A stretch of 64,000 nucleotides of DNA from Eledone cirrhosa (Eukaryota). Under the pieces are notes generated by a model that was not told where the DNA came from, ran no database searches, and saw nothing but the letters and a program-made list of their open reading frames with translations. Position numbers and translations under genes: made by a program. The DNA lies in NCBI GenBank assembly GCA_964016885.1, contig CAXHJY010000971.1:34378-98377 (forward strand). Direction: 5' to 3'. Below, one piece after another: positions 1 through 8,580 of this stretch (the first letter of the stretch is position 1; the number at the start of each line of letters is the position of its first letter).

Positions 1-201
1 TAAATACATAGACATATACACATATACACGCATATATATATAAACATACATACATACCTATGAATATATCCATTCACAACACACACATATATATATATAT
101 ACATACACATATCTACATACATATAAAACACACTCATGCATATACACACATACACATACATACCCACACACACATATATATATATACACATACACACATA
201 T
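1..201. repeat. Mixed (CA)n/(TA)n microsatellite, left flank of viral insertion
   Basis: Degenerate CA/TA dinucleotide sequence up to the abrupt junction at 201/202. Confidence 0.9.
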
Positions 202-697
202 AGTTAAATTCCGTCAAGACCAAATAGTACACAGGACACCATTAATAATAACTTCGAATAATAAATTCGATAAAAATGCTCCTATAGAGGAAAAAATTGC
301 TTTCATTACGCGTTACAATGAATTCAATTTCATTGCCGCATCACCTTTTCTAAAACTTGTGAAAAAAAAATTAAATCCAACTATTTGGTACCATTTGTTT
401 TATGAACATTGCTTCCATGATATACTCGATTACGACACAGACATAACCGACGACAATATATGTCAAATTACAGAAGAGTACGACAAACTTAAAGACGAGC
501 AACAAAGAAAGCGACCAAACAGATGCGAGACTCCTTCTCCTGATAGAAGCGGGGACACACTCAGAATCGACGAAAGTGACTCCGACAAAGAAAACACCAG
601 TACACCAAAATGTACATCAAGATGGGGTAAATTCAAAAAAATGATGCAGTCGAACAAAGACGCTCCTTCTCCAGAACCATTCACTCAAGAACTTTAA
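202..697 (+). pseudogene. Inverted duplicate of NS1 3' end (from VKFRQDQ.../motif C to stop)
   Basis: ORF 359-697 is identical to the C-terminus of the 1130-2800 ORF; starts mid-helicase domain at the host junction. Confidence 0.93.
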
Positions 698-800
698 ATT
701 TCTTTATTTTATTTCATTTTCGTTTCATTATATAACTAGTAATATCCTCGAGATAATAACTTTCTTTCTGTATTACTTGAATAAAACTATATATCTGCAT

Positions 801-840
<40 letters not shown>

Positions 841-876
841 TTTGGTTAATAGCAAATGCACTGTCAAAGGCGGCAA

Positions 877-951
877 ACCGGGAGGGAGGGAGGTTAGTAG
901 AATATCACTAAGCCGATCAGTGATATTCTACTAACCTCCCTCCCTCCCGGT
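877..951. other. Viral terminal hairpin (3' end of sense strand) with GGGA tetramer repeats
   Basis: ACCGGGAGGGAGGGAGGTT-AGTAGAATATCACT-loop-AGTGATATTCTACT-AACCTCCCTCCCTCCCGGT. Confidence 0.85.
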
Positions 952-987
952 TTGCCGCCTTTGACAGTGCATTTGCTATTAACCAAA

Positions 988-1026
<39 letters not shown>

Positions 1027-1041
1027 ATGCAGATATATAGT

Positions 1042-1047
1042 TTTATT
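1042..1047 (-). terminator. Distal polyadenylation signal of viral transcripts
   Basis: AATAAA ~80 nt after the NS1 stop, followed ~20 nt later by a long sense-strand T tract (downstream U-rich element). Confidence 0.7.
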
Positions 1048-1129
1048 CAAGTAATACAGAAAGAAAGTTATTATCTCGAGGATATTACTAGTTATATAAT
1101 GAAACGAAAATGAAATAAAATAAAGAAAT

Positions 1130-2794
1130 TTAAAGTTCTTGAGTGAATGGTTCTGGAGAAGGAGCGTCTTTGTTCGACTGCATCATTTTTTTGAATTTAC
1201 CCCATCTTGATGTACATTTTGGTGTACTGGTGTTTTCTTTGTCGGAGTCACTTTCGTCGATTCTGAGTGTGTCCCCGCTTCTATCAGGAGAAGGAGTCTC
1301 GCATCTGTTTGGTCGCTTTCTTTGTTGCTCGTCTTTAAGTTTGTCGTACTCTTCTGTAATTTGACATATATTGTCGTCGGTTATGTCTGTGTCGTAATCG
1401 AGTATATCATGGAAGCAATGTTCATAAAACAAATGGTACCAAATAGTTGGATTTAATTTTTTTTTCACAAGTTTTAGAAAAGGTGATGCGGCAATGAAAT
1501 TGAATTCATTGTAACGCGTAATGAAAGCAATTTTTTCCTCTATAGGAGCATTTTTATCGAATTTATTATTCGAAGTTATTATTAATGGTGTCCTGTGTAC
1601 TATTTGGTCTTGACGGAATTTAACTGATACCTCAGTATCCGTCCCTTCCGCCAATTTCTTAAAAGTTTGTAGAGTTTCAAGAGAGAAGTTAGGTTCTTCT
1701 ATGAGACCTAGCTCCACATTTATTAAATTCTGGAAAGGGAAGCTGCTCGTTCCTTGAATGGTACTGACGTGCGTAAACATGTTAGATATACTACGCGCGA
1801 TCATTGATTTGCCTGTGTTAGGCAGGCCGGTGAATACAAGCAAGTTTGTTTTGGCTTTGTATTTATTAAGCAAATCCCAAATACATTTTACAAGTTCTTC
1901 TTCGTCTATGTCTTGTGTCATAATTATTGATCTAAATATTTTCAACGAAGTTTCGGTATCCATCCATAATTTGGTGTTTTCAAATTGTTTCCAATTCATA
2001 TTCTCGAACTTCTCTTTGAATGGCATTATCAGTGTTTTCAGTTTCACGCATTCGAGTACTTTCTTCATGACGCTGTCGTACATGGGATGACTGATAGCGC
2101 GCATGAAATTTTCGTTGTTTGCTCGGTTAAGCCAGTGTGTTTTCATCTCCTGTTCGTTTCGAAATTTTTTTGATGTGAATATATACGTCAGGTAGTTGAA
2201 TAGAGTTAAAGTCGTACCACTTCTGCTTTTGAATGTCGGTTCGTCCGTGGCATGTCTTGTTGATGTACTCGTTTTAGGTGTTGGGCTACATTTAGGTACG
2301 TATTCTTTCGAGCACCATTCTGCAAATTCAGAGTTTATAGAACCGAGGCCTTTTATCAGTAAATATCTCGGTGGTTGGCAGAAGTAATTGGCCATGCTGC
2401 TAGGGAACTTTACTCTTTGACACTCTGGTATGTATCGCGCTAACTGTGTTCCCTTTTTGTACAAGCTTCTCACGTATTTGAGACGTTGGTTTTCTCCTGG
2501 TCTTATCTCTGAATTCCATATGATATGGAAGTGGTTGAACGCATTCCATTCCTTTTTGTCGCATATTTTTGATTCTTTTGGATGGTAAATTACTGTTGCC
2601 TTGTTGATTTGAATAAATTCTATTATTTTTCTGTTTGCATTAATTAGAAAGTTATTCTTGTATGCCCCTTCTTTTTCGTCGAAATCGTTTGTTGTTATTT
2701 CGTCGTGTTGTATCGGAACTCTACCGTTGTCCCAACTGAAGTCCGTTTCAAGTATCCAAGGATAAATGCACATGTACATTTTTATTCCTCTTTT
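1130..2794 (-). CDS. NS1: Parvoviral NS1/Rep, main exon (HUH endonuclease + SF3 helicase)
   Basis: HUH motif FNHFHIIW; Walker A GLPNTGKS; Walker B LIEE; B' KKLAEG...VKFR; motif C IITSN; track ORF begins at TTG, which coincides with a TTTGCAG splice acceptor. Confidence 0.95.
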   Translation of the reverse strand, partial: KRGIKMYMCIYPWILETDFSWDNGRVPIQHDEITTNDFDEKEGAYKNNFLINANRKIIEFIQINKATVIYHPKESKICDKKEWNAFNHFHIIWNSEIRPGENQRLKYVRSLYKKGTQLARYIPECQRVKFPSSMANYFCQPPRYLLIKGLGSINSEFAEWCSKEYVPKCSPTPKTSTSTRHATDEPTFKSRSGTTLTLFNYLTYIFTSKKFRNEQEMKTHWLNRANNENFMRAISHPMYDSVMKKVLECVKLKTLIMPFKEKFENMNWKQFENTKLWMDTETSLKIFRSIIMTQDIDEEELVKCIWDLLNKYKAKTNLLVFTGLPNTGKSMIARSISNMFTHVSTIQGTSSFPFQNLINVELGLIEEPNFSLETLQTFKKLAEGTDTEVSVKFRQDQIVHRTPLIITSNNKFDKNAPIEEKIAFITRYNEFNFIAASPFLKLVKKKLNPTIWYHLFYEHCFHDILDYDTDITDDNICQITEEYDKLKDEQQRKRPNRCETPSPDRSGDTLRIDESDSDKENTSTPKCTSRWGKFKKMMQSNKDAPSPEPFTQEL

Positions 2795-4412
2795 CTGCAA
2801 ATATAAAATGGATAGATTTGTTGTAATATTACTTTAACGATGAGCTTGTCGGGTTTTACCGACTCTCGTTATTTCATAATTACGTAAACCTTGCGGCCAT
2901 TTACATAGATTTGTTTTGGCTGAATTTTGTATTGTTGCATTGTCTTTTCCCCATGCCATCCAACCCATGGTTTGTGGACTACCAGAAATATATTCGAAAT
3001 CTATTTCAGAATGATAAGTTATTGTGATCATGAATGATATTTTAGCCGGATTGTTTTGAGAATCTAGAATAGGTACAGAATCTAAAGTAGCTATTGGCGG
3101 TGGATTAGATGGATTTATTGGAAACTGTGTTAAATGTGATCTGCCAGTGTTTTGTTCTTCATTTGATTTATCTACCGCCATTGATTTACTCCATGCCCCT
3201 TTTTCCGTTGGTGCCCATGCACTTTTTTTAGCCCCCGAATAAGTATTTATTTCGCATGGTAACCCGTTAGTTAGTTTTATTGTTGGTGGTTCGTATGTAG
3301 AATTAAATGCATAATAGTTCATCATATTGAACCAACTTGGAGTTCTATTTACCCATGTATATCCTGCTGTGTCCCCAGCGTAAACGAATTGAAATTGACC
3401 AGTGTTTAAATAAGACAATATTTCTTCTGCTGGTATTTCTTGTTCTGTAGGTTTCGCTGCCTTAGTATCTTGCCATAACCACCAATCTTTTCTAATTAAT
3501 CTATTTGTAATGCATTGATTTAGTTTCCCTTCTTCCCTTGTTAATGGTACGTTATGTGTCCAATTATTGTTTAAATGTCCTATTAAGTATGTTTGATTAG
3601 GAAATAAACAGTATTTATTATCGACGTAATGTATCATCCATGGTCTTGTATTGAATGTTGTGTTAGTTGTAGTTGTATTTTGTAATGTTCCTAATTCGTC
3701 TGTTAAAGGAATTATATTTGATATTTGATACCCACATGATTTAACTCTGAAATTATTGCAAGGTGTTAAATATGTTTCTAATTCTGCTATTGTCATACTA
3801 GCTTTTAATTCTGTATATGGTATGTATGATGCTCTGTGTTTTATTTTTAATTCTATGTATTCATCATCATGTGTTTTGTATATTGCTTTATCTGTAGGAT
3901 TATCCGAACAGTTTATGTAGTGTATGAAAGTTCTTGAAAATTTTTTTGAAACGATTGGATTTTTATCGCCTATGTCTGGTGGTTGATCTCCACTTGCCAT
4001 TGCTGCTGAGCCTCCAGGAGCTGGACCTACATGTGGATCACCCATGTCTACTGTTTGACTATTAATTCCGCTGTCTTGTGATACAAAGTCTTCGTCTGAT
4101 GCGTCGCAAAGGTCTTCTTGATTTTTCTTAGATTGTTCTTCTTCTACTCTTCTTTTTTTGTTCGCCGGTGGCATAACCCAATTCTTAGCTTTGATTGTGT
4201 TTGCTACTACGAACGCCGCTACTCCGCCTATATTTTCAGAACACTGTATTAATCTATTATCTGCTTCTGCTATATCTACCTCTGTTTTACCGTATTCTAT
4301 GTCGTGTATTTGACAGCATTTATCTAATTCGTTAACAGGTTGTTTTTGTAAATTGTTTGTGTATGGACCACAATAATTATAACCTGGTAAATGTAAAGGC
4401 ATTCTGACTTAC
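2795..4412 (-). other. Predicted 1618-nt intron of NS1 that contains the whole VP gene
   Basis: Donor GCG|GTAAGT at 4413/4412; acceptor CCATTTTATATTTGCAG|AAA at 2795/2794; both phase 0. Confidence 0.75.
2834..4402 (-). CDS. VP1: Parvoviral capsid protein VP1 (522 aa) with N-terminal phospholipase A2 domain
   Basis: LPGYNYCGP Ca-binding loop, HDIEY catalytic motif and downstream AD; basic NLS-like KKRR; Gly-rich GPAPGGSAA before the putative jelly-roll core. Confidence 0.93.
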   Translation of the reverse strand: MPLHLPGYNYCGPYTNNLQKQPVNELDKCCQIHDIEYGKTEVDIAEADNRLIQCSENIGGVAAFVVANTIKAKNWVMPPANKKRRVEEEQSKKNQEDLCDASDEDFVSQDSGINSQTVDMGDPHVGPAPGGSAAMASGDQPPDIGDKNPIVSKKFSRTFIHYINCSDNPTDKAIYKTHDDEYIELKIKHRASYIPYTELKASMTIAELETYLTPCNNFRVKSCGYQISNIIPLTDELGTLQNTTTTNTTFNTRPWMIHYVDNKYCLFPNQTYLIGHLNNNWTHNVPLTREEGKLNQCITNRLIRKDWWLWQDTKAAKPTEQEIPAEEILSYLNTGQFQFVYAGDTAGYTWVNRTPSWFNMMNYYAFNSTYEPPTIKLTNGLPCEINTYSGAKKSAWAPTEKGAWSKSMAVDKSNEEQNTGRSHLTQFPINPSNPPPIATLDSVPILDSQNNPAKISFMITITYHSEIDFEYISGSPQTMGWMAWGKDNATIQNSAKTNLCKWPQGLRNYEITRVGKTRQAHR

Positions 4413-4466
4413 CGCCAAAGAAGTAATCATATCTCGATCTCTCGTCTTTAAATCTTCGTAATTCAT
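4413..4466 (-). CDS. NS1: Predicted NS1 exon 1 (MNYEDLKTRDRDMITSLA)
   Basis: caacATG (A at -3), exactly 54 nt to the GTAAGT donor, in frame with the NS1 body; spliced product 572 aa. Confidence 0.72.
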
Positions 4467-4548
4467 GTTGATCTTTTTGCGGAGTAACGGCGTTCGTATT
4501 TGCAAGATGTCTGCTGAGTTGTGGCAGTTTGAGTTGCGCGCTCTTTGT

Positions 4549-4611
4549 TTTTATATCTCGATTCTTGCTGACGTTAGCATATTGAATTACTGTCACGTGG
4601 TTCTATTTATA
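4549..4611 (-). promoter_or_regulatory. Viral promoter region: TATA boxes TATAAATA (4611-4604) and TATAAAA (4555-4549), CACGTG E-box (4594-4599)
   Basis: Motifs lie between the terminal hairpin and the first coding ATG on the sense strand. Confidence 0.6.
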
Positions 4612-4759
4612 CTTTTGCTAACGCAAGCATTATTTTTTGCTGATGTAGCTTTAATATTGCGTCATTTCTTAACTGTCAAATCTTGCTTTGTAATTTGATA
4701 TCTTTGCCTGTCCCCTCTCCTAACTGTGCTATGCACTGAACTTTTGGATAGGAGACCTG

Positions 4760-4854
4760 ACCGGGAGGGAGGGAGGTTGAGGTTCATTACAAAGTTATAG
4801 CGTAAAGGATCTTCACGATTACCTATCCGCTAAATTCTTTAGATTCCTCAACCT
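4760..4854. other. Viral terminal region (5' end of sense strand): 19-bp shared motif plus imperfect hairpin
   Basis: ACCGGGAGGGAGGGAGGTT at 4760-4778 is inverted relative to 933-951; AGGTTGAGG (4774-4782) pairs with CCTCAACCT (4846-4854); inner AAAG..TAGCG..GAT / ATCCGCTA..CTTT stem with bulges. Confidence 0.8.
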
Positions 4855-4868
4855 TTAGATTCCTCAAC

Positions 4869-4906
4869 TATATACAAAGATATATATACATACACACACA
4901 CATATA

Positions 4907-4947
<41 letters not shown>

Positions 4948-5364
4948 TATATACATACATACACACACATACATACTCATACATAGACATACATATATAC
5001 ACACATACATATACATACATATACGCATATATACACATACATACACATCCATGTATGCGTATATACATACAAACACCACCACACGCTCACACAACTCAGA
5101 CATACATAAATAAAGGGATATACATACACATATATACATATATAAATAGAGATACATATACAGATATAAATATATACACACATACACACACACACACACA
5201 TACATACACATACATATACACACGCTCACACAACTCAGACATACATAAATAAAGGGATATACATACACATATATACATATATAAATAGAGATACATATAC
5301 ACATATAAATATATACACACATACACACACACACACACATGCATACACATACATACACACATAC

Positions 5365-5427
<63 letters not shown>

Positions 5428-5541
5428 TATACACACATATACATATATACATATATATAAAAAAATAAAGAAATAAAATAAATAAATAAATAAATAAATT
5501 AATACACACAGTCAGACAAATATGCACACACATACATATAC

Positions 5542-5600
<59 letters not shown>

Positions 5601-5653
5601 CATATACATACACATATATATATATACACATACACACATCAACTACAAATATA

Positions 5654-5685
<32 letters not shown>

Positions 5686-5807
5686 CAAACACTCACATAT
5701 ACATGCGCACATACGTACATATATACACATACACACATATACACATAGACGTATACATGTGCATACATATACATACACACATATACCCACATAAATACAT
5801 AGATACA

Positions 5808-5851
<44 letters not shown>

Positions 5852-5880
5852 CATATATATATATATACACAATCATACAC
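4869..5880. repeat. Mixed (CA)n/(TA)n microsatellite, right flank of viral insertion
   Basis: Same strand bias (CA-rich) as 1-201. Confidence 0.9.
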
Positions 5881-7315
5881 CCTTATTTACATGCGCACAT
5901 ATGGGGGGGGGATTATAGTAAATATAGGTTTCAAGAAACATAGAATATTAATCTGCATTTAGATCATAATATGCGTTTACATAGTAGTTTCAGTATTAGG
6001 AAATGTAAGAAAGAAGGCAAAATTATGCATTTTAATATAAGTAGACTATTAATTATAGGTTAACTAAAATAAAGATAGTTAATATATTGATTTCTAAGGT
6101 GTATACTACTTAGGTTTATAATATTTGAAGCGGAATTTTGAAGTTAAATAGTAGTAGAGTATTAATTATAGTATAACTAAATTAAAATTATTAACGTTAT
6201 GGTATCAATATTAGGAAATGAATTTAGTAATAGGGAAAAAAACAAATAAAGTATTACATCGGTAGTAGAATATAAATTATAGGTTAACTAAATTAAAAAT
6301 GATATATTAATTTCTATAGTATATGTTAATTAGGTTTATAATAATTAAAGCAGATATTGTATTTTATCTCTAGTAGAATATAATTATAGGTAAACAGAAA
6401 TTAAAATTAATACATACACATATATATATACATATACATATATATATATACATACATATACATATATATACATACACATACATATTTTTTCATATCTGTG
6501 ATCTAAATATGTGTGGCAGTATTTATGTGCGCGTATTAATGTCCATATGCTTATGATAATAGTATATACACATATATGTGTGTGGGGGTGTGTGTGTGAA
6601 TGTATGTTCGTGGTTGTGTGTATGTTTTATGCGTATACGCGCGTGTGTGTGTGAATGTACGTATATGTGTGAGTATATGAATGTGTGTATATATTTATTT
6701 TTATATTTATATGCGTATACGTATTTTATCTGTAGATTATAAACATACAGAGACATTAGCCTTGAATTTTTGTATTTACATACATCTTTTCGGCATGCGT
6801 ATGCATGTGAACATATATATTTTTATGCATATCTGTGAACGAACTTACTTACATATATACACACACCTAACTGTATAAACTTTTTGTGTTTTCATTGGTC
6901 AATTTGAACTCTGTTCCCAAACAGACCTGTAATTTTGAATTGTTGTTATTATCAATAAATATATTTCATTATTTCTGAAGACGGCATATATATGTGTTGG
7001 TATGTATATTTAATTTTGATAGTTTGTATAATTTTGTATAATTTTGTACATAGATCTGTTGAATATGCATGCCAATTCTAACACATATATATCCTAGAAA
7101 CGATCGTTAAATAATGAACTTTTTTTGTTTAATATAAGGAACTGTTTCATTGTTTTATTCATTATTTTTTTAATATTTTATCTTGACTCTGTATTCCGTT
7201 TATCTTTCACCGAAAGTGATTGTTCATTGCATCTCTTCTTTCCATGATATCCGGATTACATTGAGTTCTTCATACGGATTGGACACTACCGTAAACTCTT
7301 GGTAGATTTATCTAC
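5880..7315. mobile_element. Penelope-like element UTR/pLTR remnants
   Basis: 5900-6410 resembles the reverse complement of the 3' UTR at ~62340-62570; 6710-7170 matches 38820-39280 and, inverted, parts of 60400-60730. Confidence 0.6.
6965..7118 (+). ncRNA. Type I hammerhead ribozyme with long stem II
   Basis: TTCATTATTT-CTGAAGA-[~115 nt, ATATATATGTGTT/AACACATATATAT stem]-GAAA-CGATCGTT-A-AATAATGAA. Confidence 0.7.
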
Positions 7316-7352
7316 ATATATATATATATATATAAATTTATATAATACATAT

Positions 7353-7393
<41 letters not shown>

Positions 7394-7475
7394 TTTATAT
7401 AATATATATTATATTATATATATATATATATATATATAAATTTATATATTATATATATATATATATATATAAATT

Positions 7476-7556
<81 letters not shown>

Positions 7557-7567
7557 TTTATATATAT

Positions 7568-7606
<39 letters not shown>

Positions 7607-7729
7607 TATATATATATATATATGAATTTATATATATTATATATTATATATATATATATAAAAACAAATAACGACGAGATTAAATTTCGTTTCGTTTGTA
7701 ACTCACTTTTGTATGACTGACGCTTAAAC

Positions 7730-8185
7730 AATTAAGTTAAAAATGTACATCCACATATGTATACTGAAATACTAGTATGCATATGAATACACACACGTAT
7801 ACATATGTAGATGTACCAAGTTTTTCACTGGTCACTTTACTGTGAGTGTCCAGCTATTCTGTATGTAAACACAGACAAACCGGTTTTTAGAGTCATACTG
7901 GTTTTTGAGGAAACACCTTTCCTCTATTCTCCAGAAAGCCAGACAAGGAATATTGAACTAGTTTCGTTGTTGTTACTCATGGCTTTCTGGAGAATAGAGG
8001 AAAGGTGTTTCCTCAAAAACCAGTATGACTCTAAAAACCGGTTTGTCTGTGTTTACATACAGAATAGCTGGACACTCACAGTAAAGTGACCAGTGAAAAA
8101 CTTGGTACATCTACATATGTATACGTGTGTGTATTCATATGCATACTAGTATTTCAGTATACATATGTGGATGTACATTTTTAAC

Positions 8186-8191
<6 letters not shown>
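7730..8191. repeat. Inverted repeat, 212-bp arms (7730-7941, 7980-8191), 38-nt spacer
   Basis: Direct reverse-complement match of the arms. Confidence 0.95.
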
Positions 8192-8251
<60 letters not shown>

Positions 8252-8257
8252 AATTTA

Positions 8258-8292
<35 letters not shown>

Positions 8293-8298
8293 AATTTA

Positions 8299-8339
<41 letters not shown>

Positions 8340-8349
8340 TTTATATAAG

Positions 8350-8392
<43 letters not shown>

Positions 8393-8535
8393 ATTAGAAT
8401 ACTGAAGCGTGTTTGAGTCAAACACCCTCATCGTATTATAGAAATGACAGTAAAAGGTATAGCTCAATGCAGTTAAACAGAGCCGAAAAATTAAGAGAGT
8501 AAAATAAAGAATCCTTTAATACATCAAAAGTTTTT

Positions 8536-8580
8536 ATTAGCCGACAATGTTTCGTCCTATTAAGGACTCATCAGGGCAAT
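8536..8580 (-). ncRNA. Minimal type I hammerhead ribozyme
   Basis: ATTGCC-CTGATGA-GTCC ttaata GGAC-GAAA-CATTGTC-GGCTAAT. Confidence 0.8.

Larger units (their letters stand above)
202..1625. repeat. Long inverted repeat: arms 202-909 and 919-1625, 9-nt loop 910-918
   Basis: Arms are reverse complements (AATATCACT-aagccgatc-AGTGATATT at centre); only difference noticed is T30 vs A29 homopolymer; identical translated ORFs on both arms. Confidence 0.97.
202..4868 (-). mobile_element. Endogenous parvoviral (densovirus-like) element, near-complete genome plus inverted partial copy
   Basis: Intact NS1 (HUH + SF3 helicase) and PLA2-containing capsid ORFs, hairpins at both ends sharing a 19-bp motif, flanked on both sides by host CA/TA microsatellite. 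Confidence 0.93.

Noticed and set aside
993-1021. A29/T30 tract as poly(A) tail of a retroposed viral mRNA
   Set aside because: It is poly(T) on the viral sense strand and lies inside the terminal hairpin boundary; promoter and predicted intron are retained
1143-2387. Plus-strand ORFs over NS1 suggesting an ambisense genome
   Set aside because: Short antisense shadows with no motifs; VP is on the same strand as NS1
2795-2833. VP-before-NS1 order as a head-to-tail concatemer or circular permutation of a normal genome
   Set aside because: Only 39 nt separate the ORFs, with no hairpin or promoter, while terminal structures lie outside both genes
4324-4596. 90-aa ORF upstream of VP as a separate accessory gene
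   Set aside because: GTG start only 8 nt from the first TATA box, no ATG in frame, no motif; the overlapping ATG exon in another frame explains the region better. Not fully excluded
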